Positions 27,549 to 37,165 of a stretch of 64,000 nucleotides of DNA are shown one piece after another. The position numbers were made by a program, and so were the translations under genes. Below the pieces are notes generated by a model, which was not told the origin of the DNA, ran no database searches, and was given only the letters and a program-made list of their open reading frames with translations. Source of the stretch: an uncultured virus (IMG/VR IMGVR_UViG_3300024989_000227) (taxonomy: Duplodnaviria; Heunggongvirae; Uroviricota; Caudoviricetes); IMG/VR virus record IMGVR_UViG_3300024989_000227, one strand, 5' to 3'. How positions within the stretch are numbered: position 1 is the first letter of the stretch; every line of letters starts with the position of its first letter.

Positions 27549-29191
27549 GCGTCGACCGCCTCGACCTCGGCCTCCGCGGCGGCATCCAGATGACCGCCAA
27601 CCGGCTCGAGGCCTTCAGTTTCCTCCTCGCCGAGGTCTGGCACGACGCTGACATCAAGCGAGTTGTAACCAGCATCTGGATCGTTGGCGACACGCTTGCG
27701 CGCTTCCGCCGGTGAGACAATGCCGGCGTCGATGAAGATTTGGTCCGTTTCGGCTTGTATCTTCTCGACCTCAGCCCGTTCCTTTTCGTCGATCGAGGTG
27801 AGTGGCTCGTAGATGAACGTGATGGATGGATCGACTTCTCCAAATAGCGATAACTGGATGAAGTTGATGACGCGTGTCAGATTCGGCGTGAAGAATGCCG
27901 CCTGATACGCTCCGATCGTATCGTCGAAGCTTTCAAGCTCACCCTCCGATGAAGCGTTGAGACCGGCCGGACTGATGCCGAGCAGTTTAACGAGCGGGAT
28001 ACGACTGACCGATGCCATGTGCTCCTGAGCCTGAGCCTGCAGCGTGTCAAGACCGGTGAGCGGCGTCGTGATGTTGAAGAATTCCTCTGTCTCCTTGTCG
28101 AGCAGCATCAGGCCTTGATTGTCGCGCGTCAAATTGAACAGCGCCGCGCGATTGAAAAGTTGCTCGCCGCCGGACTGCAGGCTTTCGCCCAAGTTGGTCT
28201 TGACGCCACTGACCGAAAACGAACTGATCAGGTCGGATACGCTCTGCCGGGTTCGAAGCCAGTTGTCGACGTATGGCTTCGCCATCTGCGACATCGAAAG
28301 GCCACCGAAAGAGTAGGCCGGCTTGATCAGGTCCGGCACTTCGCGGCCGACAAAGGTCAGCAGGCGGGAGGCATGAACCTCCTTGCCCTGCACGAACCAC
28401 ATTGATGGCTTGTACCAGTCCGATCGCAGCGGGTCGGTCGAATTGTAGTTCGACGGATAGCACCACACAGCCTCGACGGTCTTGATGCGCGTCAATCGCT
28501 GCTGGGGACTGACCTTGGCCTTGCTGACTGTATCTGTACCGTTGCCGATCGAGATCTTGAGCTCGTCGAGATCGTCGATCGTGCCGACGCCGATATCGAG
28601 ATAGAGGTGGGCGCGCCCGAAGAAGCCATCCTGCTCGGCGATCTCGCGGAAGGCGTCCTGCACCTTCAACCGCTTCATCTCCTCTTCGATCGTCTTGAGC
28701 TTCTCGGTCTTATCCTCGTCGCCGGTGGCCTGCAGTTTGATCCACTTCCGCGTCATCTCGGTCGCGATGGTCTCGCTGATGACTCTGTATTCGGGGCGCT
28801 GCGCCAACTCCGAGAGATAGGCGTAGCCGAGAAACGTCAGTCCTTCCTGAAACGCGCCTGCGTACAGACTGTTTGCAGCCCATGCATTGACGGATCCGAT
28901 CGCCTCGTCCTGCGCCATCGCCGGACGACCGGCTGGCACCACGCTGGGCGGGTGCTGCGCGATGGTGAACGGATGAACCTTGGTCGTTGGTTTGGTGCGG
29001 CCCCGAGCCCGCGCGAGAATGGTATTGGTAATCTTGATCGGTGTCTTCGAAACCGGGTCCGCCTTCGCGGTCGGCTTTGCCGGCGCACGTGGTTTTGCGG
29101 CCACGGCACGGCGCTCGGGTTTGGCCTGTGCCAGAAACTCCATCGCAATCTGCGTCGCGATTTGCTTCGCGAACTTCTTGCGGCCCTTCAC
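27545..29191 (-). CDS. Portal protein (DUF1073 family)
   Basis: FLGYAYLSELAQRPEY, VHASRL and IPLVKLLGISPAGLNASSEGE motifs; follows TerL. Confidence 0.9.
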   Translation of the reverse strand: MKGRKKFAKQIATQIAMEFLAQAKPERRAVAAKPRAPAKPTAKADPVSKTPIKITNTILARARGRTKPTTKVHPFTIAQHPPSVVPAGRPAMAQDEAIGSVNAWAANSLYAGAFQEGLTFLGYAYLSELAQRPEYRVISETIATEMTRKWIKLQATGDEDKTEKLKTIEEEMKRLKVQDAFREIAEQDGFFGRAHLYLDIGVGTIDDLDELKISIGNGTDTVSKAKVSPQQRLTRIKTVEAVWCYPSNYNSTDPLRSDWYKPSMWFVQGKEVHASRLLTFVGREVPDLIKPAYSFGGLSMSQMAKPYVDNWLRTRQSVSDLISSFSVSGVKTNLGESLQSGGEQLFNRAALFNLTRDNQGLMLLDKETEEFFNITTPLTGLDTLQAQAQEHMASVSRIPLVKLLGISPAGLNASSEGELESFDDTIGAYQAAFFTPNLTRVINFIQLSLFGEVDPSITFIYEPLTSIDEKERAEVEKIQAETDQIFIDAGIVSPAEARKRVANDPDAGYNSLDVSVVPDLGEEETEGLEPVGGHLDAAAEAEVEAVDA

Positions 29192-30780
29192 CTGAGCCGG
29201 CTCCGCGGTTGCGCGGCGCGCGTCAGAACTTCCTGCGATATGACCATGGGAGCCTTCAACGTCAGGAGTTCAGAAAATGCTCGGCTCAGCGCGTCGACCT
29301 GGTCCTTGAACTTGCCGGCCGGGAACATGCAGAGCTCTTCCATGAACGGCTCGATCCACGCGTCCTTGGCATCGTCGCCGGTCTTCACGATCCGAACGTT
29401 GCCGACTTCGGCTTGCGCCGATACCGGCGTGGCACGCTGTTCCTTGTCGCCCGTCTCCGGAGAGAAGCGGCAGTTGTAACCAGCCAGCAACTTGGCGAAT
29501 GCCAGGACCTGTCCCTTTGCAGCCTGGCCAGGGTCCTGCGGGATCGAGATCGTCACCGAATGGCCATCGACGATGGCGGTGCTCTTGATCAGCTTGTCGA
29601 CCTCGGCCGGCGATCCGCGCTCACGAACAACATTTTCGATGTAGTAAACCCCATCGGCCTCGCTCAGCTTGACGCCGGCGGTGTAGGCCGGCGAGCTTGA
29701 TGTGCCAGCTTTCTTCTTGCTGGCCGCGAGATCCCAGCCGCGGCAGCGTTTCGCGCGTGCCGGCGCCGCCGGCACTGTCTCGATCCAGTGCCGCTTGAAG
29801 ATGTTACCTTCACGCGCCGACGGGCGTTGCTGATACTGGCCGGCGTAGGCGTAGGCGGTGGTATCGCGCTTGAGCTTGTCGACAGTTTCGCGTGGCATAC
29901 GCACCGGATCGAGCAGCTCACCGTCGAAGGTGCGCGGATCGCGAAAGCCGATCGAAGTAACGCAGGCGCGCTCCGGTTCAAACTCCAGCGGCAGCATGAG
30001 ATGGACATAGCCCATCTTCATTTTCAGGATCGTGCCCGAGATGTCGTCCTCATGCAGGCGCTGCATGATCACGACGATGGCCGACCTTTCCTGATCGTTG
30101 AGGCGGTTGATCGCACCTTCGCGAAACCGCCGCGTGGTGTTGTTACGCTCGGTGTCGGACTCGGCCGTCTCGGTTGAATGCGGGTCGTCGATGATCAGGC
30201 GATCGCCGCGTTGCGAGGTCAGGGATCCGAACGCCACGCCCTCGCGCGTGCCGGTGGCGCTGTTTGCGAAGGACGTCTCACCGGTTCGGGTGAGGCTCAC
30301 CTCGGGCCACAGCGCTTGATACCAGTCGGACAGGATCAGATCGCGGCATTTGCGGGTGTCGCGCTTGACCGGGCCATCATTGAAGGCCGTCGTCAGGTAT
30401 CGCATGGATCGCAGGTGCGGGAATGTCCACTCCCAGGCCTGCCACATCACCGAGACGGTGAGAGATTTCGACGACCCCGGAATCACATTCGCCAGAAAGC
30501 GATTGATGCGGCCGTAAGTTATCGCCTCGAGATGTTCGCAGAGTGCGTCGAGGTGCCAGTTCCAAACGAGTGGTTGGTTAGGCTCCAGAACGTGCCAGGC
30601 TTCTCGCATGAAACCGGCGAGGGTCTGGCAGCGGGCCCGGATCTGTTCGGCATCGCGCGCAACCCGAGCGCGTTCCGCCTCAAGCCTGCGGCGTTCCTTC
30701 TCCGCCCGGATGGCCCGCATCATCTGCGCCGGATTCGGCAAGAGGGCCGAAGATGGCTTCAAGAGCTGCGATCTGTTCAT
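29188..30780 (-). CDS. terL: Terminase large subunit
   Basis: NVIPGSSKS Walker A; LIIDDPH Walker B; IMQRLH; GWDLAAS; QDPGQAAK; DQVDA. True start may be ATG ~30723. Confidence 0.93.
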   Translation of the reverse strand: MNRSQLLKPSSALLPNPAQMMRAIRAEKERRRLEAERARVARDAEQIRARCQTLAGFMREAWHVLEPNQPLVWNWHLDALCEHLEAITYGRINRFLANVIPGSSKSLTVSVMWQAWEWTFPHLRSMRYLTTAFNDGPVKRDTRKCRDLILSDWYQALWPEVSLTRTGETSFANSATGTREGVAFGSLTSQRGDRLIIDDPHSTETAESDTERNNTTRRFREGAINRLNDQERSAIVVIMQRLHEDDISGTILKMKMGYVHLMLPLEFEPERACVTSIGFRDPRTFDGELLDPVRMPRETVDKLKRDTTAYAYAGQYQQRPSAREGNIFKRHWIETVPAAPARAKRCRGWDLAASKKKAGTSSSPAYTAGVKLSEADGVYYIENVVRERGSPAEVDKLIKSTAIVDGHSVTISIPQDPGQAAKGQVLAFAKLLAGYNCRFSPETGDKEQRATPVSAQAEVGNVRIVKTGDDAKDAWIEPFMEELCMFPAGKFKDQVDALSRAFSELLTLKAPMVISQEVLTRAAQPRSRLR

Positions 30781-31165
30781 CGGTTGCTTTGGTCAGGTCG
30801 ACGGTACTGATCGGGCCGCCGTTCTTGCCGGTGAGCTCGAGCGCAGCTTTTTCGGTCTCGCCGAGATGGTGTTTCGACAAATGGATCGTCATCTGCACGC
30901 CGGCTGAGTTCTTCAGCGTCATGTGCTGGAATTGCTGCCGACGGATCGAAAGCTTGCCGATCTCCTTGCCGCGCTCCCAGATCTCGCGCAGGTCTGGCTC
31001 CTGCAGGCGCCGCTTCATGGTGTGCAGGCTGACTTCGAAGAACGCTGCCAGCTCGGTCTCGGTGCACATCAGCTTCGAGAGGCGAAGCAGGTTGGCGGCG
31101 TCGATCTTGAGGCGAGGGCGACCAGTGGGTTTCTTCTGGGCCTTCGTCTTCTTCGCGGTTGTCAC
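30680..31165 (-). CDS. terS: Terminase small subunit
   Basis: PTGRPR plus [14 protein letters not shown]-terminal motif; directly upstream of TerL. Confidence 0.8.
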   Translation of the reverse strand: MTTAKKTKAQKKPTGRPRLKIDAANLLRLSKLMCTETELAAFFEVSLHTMKRRLQEPDLREIWERGKEIGKLSIRRQQFQHMTLKNSAGVQMTIHLSKHHLGETEKAALELTGKNGGPISTVDLTKATDEQIAALEAIFGPLAESGADDAGHPGGEGTPQA

Positions 31166-31374
31166 CCAACCAACTCCACCAGCGCTGCCTTTTTACCTTT
31201 GCGGCCGTCGGCGATCTCGTAGCTGACGCGCTGGTCGACCAACAGCACGTCGAGCGAGCCGACCAGATCGGTGCGGTGCACGAAAAGCTCGTCACCGCCG
31301 TCATCGGGCCGGATAAAGCCGTAGCCCTTGTCATCTGAAAAAAATTTAACGCGGCCAGTCATTCTAACGCTCAC
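31162..31374 (-). CDS. cspA: Cold-shock domain protein
   Basis: GRVKFF..KGYGFI (RNP1) and LFVH (RNP2); 70 aa. Confidence 0.92.
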   Translation of the reverse strand: MSVRMTGRVKFFSDDKGYGFIRPDDGGDELFVHRTDLVGSLDVLLVDQRVSYEIADGRKGKKAALVELVG

Positions 31375-32063
31375 TGATCGACCCTCTTGCGTTTTGCAGA
31401 ACGCGCTTCCGCCGCGCGACGCATCTTCGCCCGGGTTTCCTCCGATACGACTCTGCGTCGATTTGCTTCAGCTATTGCCGCTCGATGCTCTGGTGTTCGC
31501 TGCCTGCCTTTGCTTGCAGCACTCAACTTAGAACGTAGTTCGTCGGTGTAGACGATGTTTCGCACCGCCTTCGCACGTGCCTCAGGCGAATGGGACTTCT
31601 TTCGTCCGATATTAAACGCTGCCCGCGTCTTATCCGAGATCGGGCGACCGACCAGAGCCGCAGCACTTTTAGCAACGTGCTGCTCATCGTGTTTGCGGCC
31701 AGTCATCTTCCGTCTGATGTTCTCTTTGAACGCCTCGGACCGCTTCTTGCCTTTGTTCGCGTGGCCAATCCTGATTTTAGAGGATGTCGGATACGATCGA
31801 CCGCCCGTGCCGCCCGACACCAGATTCCATCCGATGCCGGCTTCGGGTCTCAGCCTGATCTCTTCGGCTACGCACTCATCCCACGTGCCAGACAGAAGCA
31901 CTCGAACTTCGAAGCTGTCGCCAAAACGACGGCGATGTTCTGCGACTCTGCGAGGAAGAGATTTTGTGATTCCAACATACCCGTGGGTCGCAGGGTTTAT
32001 GCAGGTATCGTCGTAAAGCCAGTACACAACGCAAATCATCACGGAGTCACTCTTCAGGCTCAC
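31371..32063 (-). CDS. GIY-YIG homing endonuclease with NUMOD3-like repeats
   Basis: VVYW..YVGIT..RR..EH, GWN...GG; repeated SEETRAK-type motifs. Confidence 0.8.
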   Translation of the reverse strand: MSLKSDSVMICVVYWLYDDTCINPATHGYVGITKSLPRRVAEHRRRFGDSFEVRVLLSGTWDECVAEEIRLRPEAGIGWNLVSGGTGGRSYPTSSKIRIGHANKGKKRSEAFKENIRRKMTGRKHDEQHVAKSAAALVGRPISDKTRAAFNIGRKKSHSPEARAKAVRNIVYTDELRSKLSAASKGRQRTPEHRAAIAEANRRRVVSEETRAKMRRAAEARSAKRKRVDQ

Positions 32064-32090
32064 GGTCTCGCCTGGGACTGAACTTTCTTG

Positions 32091-32225
32091 TCAGGGCAGG
32101 AACGTCGCACCGAGGATGATCACGATGACTGTGATGCTGACCGCCCAGACTGGGCCGATCGGCATCAACAGGTCATCGACCGGCGCGCGTCGATTGTGCT
32201 TTCCGAATCCGAAGTTGCGGGCCAT
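32091..32225 (-). CDS. Small membrane protein (44 aa; absent from the ORF track)
   Basis: MARNFGFGKHNRRAPVDDLLMPIGPVWAVSITVIVIILGATFLP; ATG overlaps the upstream stop; GGAGAGG RBS. Confidence 0.55.
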   Translation of the reverse strand: MARNFGFGKHNRRAPVDDLLMPIGPVWAVSITVIVIILGATFLP

Positions 32226-32587
32226 CAAGCGTCCTCTCCACTGATCCCGTAGTTTTCCGGGATGTCGAGCAGTGGAACTGTCTTGCCGTTAAGCTCATGC
32301 GGGTTGTCGCTGCAATACTCGATCATTCCGGCATGAACGAAGTGGTGGCACACCGTACGACGCTGACCGACCGGTTCACCGTTTTCGTCGTGTGTTGTCG
32401 TAAAATTGAGGACGCTCGGACTGAGCGTCGGCGTCTCGCGGTTCCCGTCCCAGGTCCACTTCGGGCTCGGCGTCGCCGTACCGTCATCGACGCGTACGCC
32501 GTGACAATGCGCGCAAGCGGGGCACCAATAGAACAACTGGCGGTACCGACGATCGCCGTCGACGATATTGCGGACAGCGACCTTCAC
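32225..32587 (-). CDS. DUF6527-like zinc-binding protein
   Basis: WCPACAHCH, WTWDGN..PTLSPSV and CHHFV..G.IEYCSD..H motifs. Confidence 0.75.
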   Translation of the reverse strand: MKVAVRNIVDGDRRYRQLFYWCPACAHCHGVRVDDGTATPSPKWTWDGNRETPTLSPSVLNFTTTHDENGEPVGQRRTVCHHFVHAGMIEYCSDNPHELNGKTVPLLDIPENYGISGEDA

Positions 32588-32811
32588 TTCACCACCATGC
32601 AGAACAGCTTCATCGCTGCCGCGATCGTGAGCACGGCGCCGATCGACAACGCAAACGTGAGAAGGCCGGCCTGCGCGCGGCGGATCAGCTTGGCGTTGCC
32701 CATGTCGAAACTCGCGCGCAAGAGGGTTCCAAAAGCGAAGGGAGGCGTTGCCGCCCCCTTGTCACTTTTTCCGTTAACGATTGAGGTTTGCGGAATCGCA
32801 CCCGGAAACAC
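32584..32811 (-). CDS. Small membrane protein, likely first gene of the late operon (start uncertain)
   Basis: C-terminal TM; stop overlaps the next GTG start. Confidence 0.45.
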   Translation of the reverse strand: MFPGAIPQTSIVNGKSDKGAATPPFAFGTLLRASFDMGNAKLIRRAQAGLLTFALSIGAVLTIAAAMKLFCMVVK

Positions 32812-32930
32812 TGCAGGACAGCAGGTTTCTGCGATTGTTAGCGCTGAAATGGGGGTTAACGAATCGCATGACCGCTGGATGTCGATTTTTCATCCCAACC
32901 GGTAGGTGGAGAAAATCGACATCCACAGCC

Positions 32931-32954
32931 AACAAACAAGCGCCGTCAGGCGCG
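32931..32954 (-). terminator. Putative attenuator/terminator in the late leader
   Basis: Minus strand GCGCC-TGAC-GGCGC followed by TTGTTTGTT. Confidence 0.45.
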
Positions 32955-33102
32955 CTGGCAACTGTCAGCAACGTGTCTCGGCTCAGTAGAGAATGCTGGT
33001 GTTCTGGGAGAGTCAGTCGGGGAGCGCTCGCTTGAGGCTCGCTCCCCTTGTCCTCGTTTCGTGGCCGCGAGGACAGAGTTCGCCCATCGAGTGAGCGCGC
33101 GA

Positions 33103-33131
33103 TAGGTCCGTGACATTTCGTGGCCTGTCAA
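33103..33131 (-). promoter_or_regulatory. Candidate late promoter
   Basis: Perfect TTGACA on the minus strand (33126-33131) facing the late operon; -10 element weak. Confidence 0.4.
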
Positions 33132-33242
33132 TAGGGGTTTCGTGACATTCGATAGTGTCACGCATCTAAGTCGCTGAAATTTATGGCAAAGAAAAATTTC
33201 GAAATAACCGCGTGACATGTCGTGACATGTGCCAAGTGTCAC
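33110..33242. repeat. GTGACA/TGTCAC box cluster A (6 copies)
   Basis: Exact hexamers at 33110, 33142, 33156, 33212, 33222, 33237. Confidence 0.85.
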
Positions 33243-33264
33243 CGATTTGAGGGCTGACCGACTT

Positions 33265-33690
33265 TCACTCGGCACTGATTCGCTGGGCTGCGGCGGCGAG
33301 ACGGGCCATATTGCACGCGAAGCTGGCGAAGAACTTCGAGTAGGGCACCGCCTTCTCGGTCTTGGCGATCTGCTGGAGCCGGTACGATTTGTAGTCGGCG
33401 TTGAGCTTCTTTAGCGCACCGGCCTGACGCTTCGCTTCGATGTCGGCGAGTAGCTTTCTGGCCTCGGTCTCTGCGACGGCGCGAACCTGATCGGTGGTCT
33501 GCCATGGTGCGCCGATCTTTGCAGCAGCAGCGACAACGGACCCATGGTCGATCGCGCCCGCGCAATGCTCCCGGACCAATTCGGCATGGATCGGCCTGGT
33601 AAACCAGATATCCGGAACCTCTTCCAATCGAGCGAGACCGAGACCTTCAATATACGCTTCGACACAGGTCTCCACGATTGTTCGTCCCAT
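33265..33690 (-). CDS. Hypothetical protein
   Basis: ATG 33690 with GGGGG upstream; phage-like codon usage. Confidence 0.6.
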   Translation of the reverse strand: MGRTIVETCVEAYIEGLGLARLEEVPDIWFTRPIHAELVREHCAGAIDHGSVVAAAAKIGAPWQTTDQVRAVAETEARKLLADIEAKRQAGALKKLNADYKSYRLQQIAKTEKAVPYSKFFASFACNMARLAAAAQRISAE

Positions 33691-33779
33691 CAAAGGCCCC
33701 CGCGTTTTTATGTGACGAGATTTATATAAGGCGCGGGAATAATTGATGAAAGATCAGCATTCGAGCGGCGTCGACGAGA

Positions 33780-34379
33780 TCACGTCACAGGCACCTTTCG
33801 CGCGATCAGCGCCATGGTCACCAGCCTCAACGCGTTCTGCCACGCCGCGTTGAATTCGCCGTGGTCGATGCCGCGCGCTGCGCAGCGTTTGCGGATATCG
33901 GCCCGCATCGCGGCCCAGAAACAACGCAGGCTGAGAGCTCGGGCCAGGTCGGGCTGATCGGAGAGGTATTCGAACGGCCACCGAAGTGCTTGGTCCATCC
34001 GGCTGACCTGTGCTGCCGTCGGTGAGAGCCGCACTTTGTTGCGATCGGCCAGGGTCTTCTCCAGCTCGGCGGTTTCGAGCTGGGCGTTGAGATCGAACCG
34101 GTCGTACGCATATTTCGGCCACGCTGCGCCGAATGATTTTGGCCGCGTTGCTGCCGGCATCATCGCCATCACCTCGAACGCTTCCTCGAGGCGATCGAGA
34201 ACATGGATCTGGGTCCACTGTGACGGTAATTCGCGGACCTTGCCACGCGATGCGCGCGCCGGCGCCGAATGGCCGATCGCACCCAACATCAGCGAACGCA
34301 CCGCCGCGCCGCCGTCAAGTTCCGCCAACGCGGCCAGCCGGGCCCGGTCGGTCAGCGAGAGCAGGGTGACGTCGACCAT
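33780..34379 (-). CDS. DUF6362-like putative late-gene regulator (lambda Q position)
   Basis: WT..HV.DRLEEAF..MP..RP...AWP and PT..QVSRMDQAL.W motifs; last genes of the early operon. Confidence 0.6.
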   Translation of the reverse strand: MVDVTLLSLTDRARLAALAELDGGAAVRSLMLGAIGHSAPARASRGKVRELPSQWTQIHVLDRLEEAFEVMAMMPAATRPKSFGAAWPKYAYDRFDLNAQLETAELEKTLADRNKVRLSPTAAQVSRMDQALRWPFEYLSDQPDLARALSLRCFWAAMRADIRKRCAARGIDHGEFNAAWQNALRLVTMALIARKVPVT

Positions 34380-34402
34380 ATCGTCTCGGTCGTCGTTATT
34401 TC

Positions 34403-34538
34403 GTGACACTTCGCACCTCAAAACGTGACATGTCACGGGACAAAGGTGTCACGCGTTCCGAATTTCGCTGTAATTTCAATAGTCCCGGCGTGACGGTCCC
34501 AGATGTCACGGGATAGATTTCAATGTCACGCATGTCAC
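34403..34538. repeat. GTGACA/TGTCAC box cluster B (7 copies, including the palindrome CGTGACATGTCACG at 34424-34437)
   Basis: Exact hexamers at 34403, 34425, 34431, 34447, 34504, 34524, 34533. Confidence 0.85.
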
Positions 34539-34544
34539 GGTTCA

Positions 34545-36407
34545 TCATCGCGGACTGAAATCCAGTGGGTCGTCGATCAGGTCACCCTGCAGCGCCGAGG
34601 CGGCGCCGCTGCCTCCCTGCATCGGCTCCGGCGCCTCGGTAAAGGAGCGGCCGGTCAGCCAGACGTAATTGCCGTCCCGGCCGATAATCCGCAGCACGAG
34701 CAGCTTTTCGCCCGCGCGCGATATCGCCTTCTTGCGCACGTCGTCGCTCATTTCGCCTGCAACGGCGTAGAAGGCATCGCGCCAGTATTTGTATTGCACG
34801 ACCGCCCTGATCGAGTTGGGGAGCTTGCCGATCAGCGTCGGCGGTAAACGCTCCCCATGCTCAGCCATCGCTTTCTGGAGGCTCGACAGGATGATCGAGT
34901 TGCGGTCCGACAGGTTGATGCTGCGGCCCTTCTTCGGACCGCTGCCATGAACCTGCAGCTCCGCCTGTGTCGGGACGACAACGCATGACGTGATAGGCTT
35001 GCCATCGATCTGGCGCCGGCCGATCTCGACCTGATACAGGTCGAAGGGAATCTTCAAGCCGCTTTCGCCATCCTTTTGCTTGTCCAGGCTAGCGGTTGAG
35101 GTCTTGCCGTCCTCGTTCTTTGCCACCAGAACGACCTGGTCGACGTTGGCATAGACGGAGGTGTGGCCGCGCAACTTGGTGCCGCCCGCGTTCATGTGGT
35201 GAACCAGCCCTGTGTTGGCGTGCGGAAAAGCATTGCTGATCCGGTCGACGTTCGACAGGACCACGCCCATGTCGCGGCCCGAGTTCTCGTCGGCGCCGAT
35301 CGAGGCCTTGGCCAGCGTATCGATGAAGATGGCACGTAGCGGCACATCGTAGGTCCGGCAGATATTATGGATTTCGTCGATGAACGGAACCGTGTCGGCC
35401 TGCGGATTGAAAATGTCGATCTTCTGCTCGATGATGTAGAGCGGAATCATTGTTCCCGGCTTGACGTCGAAATACTGGCGCCAGGCGCGAAACCGCTTCC
35501 GGATTCCGGTCTCGCCTTCACCGGCTTGATAGACCACCAGCCCGGGCATCAGCACCTTGTTGCCGAAGAACGGCGTCCCGGTTGCGATGCACATTGCCAT
35601 GTGAATCGCGAGGAACGATTTGCCGGATAGCGAGGCACCGCCAATCACCATCTTGCCGCCTTCGGTCATCCAGTCGTCGATGACGTAGGAATGCTCCGGG
35701 CCCGGCGTGTCGATATTCTCGAAGCGTACCCCGCGGAAGCGCGGGACCCACGGTGCTGGCACCGGATCGAGGTCGTAATCGTCTTCGACGCCCGTCGCGG
35801 CGTTGGCGCGGCTCCGGACCTGGATCGCGAGCGACCGCGCCAAGTGCGCCGCGTCGGGCGCCATCGGCGCATCTGCCATGATCGAGGCGAGGTACTGCGC
35901 GAGCGTGCGCCCGTAAACAGGCATGAGTTTGTCGCCGCCGGCGCCGTCCAGTAGCGTGCCGAGCGTGAAAGGCACCGGCGGCTCGGCATTGCAGGCCCGC
36001 GCCATCGCTTCGAACATCTTGACGTGTATCTCGGCCAGGAACATTTCGGCCGCGATTTCTTCCTCGACCTCGGCCATAAGCGTGGGCTGAGAGCACAATA
36101 AGCCGAGTAGGGCGCGTTCCGTCTCGAGCTCCGGCGGCAACGGCTCGAGCGGGGCATCGATGACGTTGGCCTTGATCCACGCCTCGGCCTGACCGTTCTC
36201 GAGTTCGGGCTTGATCAGGCGCACCAGATCATTGCGATCGCCGCTTTTCTCTTCCTCGAAGTCGAAAAATCGACCCGTGACGACATTTATGCCGATGTCA
36301 CCGAACCGCACCATCTTGTTGGTGACAAGCGGTGCAGACGGCGCGCCGAGAAGAAGCAACGCTACCCGCTCGGTCAGGGCTCCTTCTGGGGTGCGCAGAT
36401 CGGTCAT
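34545..36407 (-). CDS. Replicative helicase: DnaB-N-like domain plus RepA/AAA_25 SF4 ATPase
   Basis: ETERALLGLL; GASLSGKS Walker A; IFIDTL Walker B; VHH..LRGHTS; KQKDG; start ATG 36407. Confidence 0.85.
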   Translation of the reverse strand: MTDLRTPEGALTERVALLLLGAPSAPLVTNKMVRFGDIGINVVTGRFFDFEEEKSGDRNDLVRLIKPELENGQAEAWIKANVIDAPLEPLPPELETERALLGLLCSQPTLMAEVEEEIAAEMFLAEIHVKMFEAMARACNAEPPVPFTLGTLLDGAGGDKLMPVYGRTLAQYLASIMADAPMAPDAAHLARSLAIQVRSRANAATGVEDDYDLDPVPAPWVPRFRGVRFENIDTPGPEHSYVIDDWMTEGGKMVIGGASLSGKSFLAIHMAMCIATGTPFFGNKVLMPGLVVYQAGEGETGIRKRFRAWRQYFDVKPGTMIPLYIIEQKIDIFNPQADTVPFIDEIHNICRTYDVPLRAIFIDTLAKASIGADENSGRDMGVVLSNVDRISNAFPHANTGLVHHMNAGGTKLRGHTSVYANVDQVVLVAKNEDGKTSTASLDKQKDGESGLKIPFDLYQVEIGRRQIDGKPITSCVVVPTQAELQVHGSGPKKGRSINLSDRNSIILSSLQKAMAEHGERLPPTLIGKLPNSIRAVVQYKYWRDAFYAVAGEMSDDVRKKAISRAGEKLLVLRIIGRDGNYVWLTGRSFTEAPEPMQGGSGAASALQGDLIDDPLDFSPR

Positions 36408-36415
36408 GGCCGGCC

Positions 36416-36820
36416 TCACTGCTCCAGCAGTGCGACGAAGAGGTCGTCGGCGGCCACGATCTCGATCAGCCGCGCCGCAAGAACGGTCGCGGTGGTGCCG
36501 CGGCGCGCGGCCTCCCGCGCCAGCGCGTTGTCCGCTCCGCCAGCGATTTCGATGATGATGGGCCGCAGCCCGGGCCGTTCCCGCCGGCGCGCGGGATCGA
36601 GTCGATAATCGAGACATGGCGCCGGGCGATCTGCTCCGACTCTTGCCACAACCGCGTCGTCGGCCCGGAGCTCGATGCCATGGATACGGCAGATGTTCTC
36701 CAATGACGACGCCTTGCAACCCAGCGCAGACGCGATCGATCGCGCGCCTTTGCCGTCTGCGACGAGACTGCGGATACGCCGTAACGTTTGAGGAGTGAAA
36801 CGGAATTCACGATTGTTCAC
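36416..36820 (-). CDS. HTH DNA-binding protein
   Basis: GKGARSIASALGCKASSL HTH; RHH-like C-terminus. Confidence 0.6.
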   Translation of the reverse strand: MNNREFRFTPQTLRRIRSLVADGKGARSIASALGCKASSLENICRIHGIELRADDAVVARVGADRPAPCLDYRLDPARRRERPGLRPIIIEIAGGADNALAREAARRGTTATVLAARLIEIVAADDLFVALLEQ

Positions 36821-37164
36821 CGGCGTGCCCTCCGCATCGGGACGACGTTGGCCGCGCGCTCTTTTATGAAAGCGCGAACGTCGGCCTCGTTGTCGATCAG
36901 GAAGGCGACGTAATCAGCAGTCTTGGCGGTCACGGCGAAGCGGCGCTGCAGCACGGCGCAGTCGGCGCCTCTTTTAAGCCGGCAAGCGATCCCGAACTTG
37001 TAATCGAGCGCCTGCAGGTAGAGCAGGTCCCACATTTCCTGCGGGGTCACCGCAGCTTGCCGCGCTACCTCTAACTCTGGCGCTGCCGGCGCCGCTGTAT
37101 CGGCGGCCGCCTCCTCGTCCAGTTCCAGGACCGGGGCGATCTCTTCTTGTTGCGACTGCGACAT
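36817..37164 (-). CDS. Hypothetical protein
   Basis: ATG 37164 with GGGAG upstream. Confidence 0.55.
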   Translation of the reverse strand: MSQSQQEEIAPVLELDEEAAADTAAPAAPELEVARQAAVTPQEMWDLLYLQALDYKFGIACRLKRGADCAVLQRRFAVTAKTADYVAFLIDNEADVRAFIKERAANVVPMRRARR

Positions 37165-37165
37165 T

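Noticed and set aside
27545..29191. Portal as an anti-CBASS Acb1-family protein
   Set aside because: DUF1073 portals often get this label, but no extra 2H-phosphodiesterase domain is evident; position and motifs fit a plain portal
29188..30780. Intein or intron in the terminase
   Set aside because: Normal length with contiguous motifs; the nearby endonucleases are free-standing
32770..32865. CtrA boxes near the late leader
   Set aside because: Only isolated GTTAAC half-sites; no TTAA-N7-TTAA
32880..33100. tRNA gene upstream of the packaging genes
   Set aside because: Hairpins are present but there is no cloverleaf or T-loop consensus on either strand
33110..34538. CRISPR array or transposon ends
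   Set aside because: Repeats are 6-15 bp, irregularly spaced and in both orientations; no cas or transposase gene
36408..36719. N-terminal extension of the helicase ORF (also the extensions of cI from 41841 and HerA-2 from 52416)
   Set aside because: They overlap genuine neighbouring genes and read as out-of-frame sequence; downstream ATGs fit better
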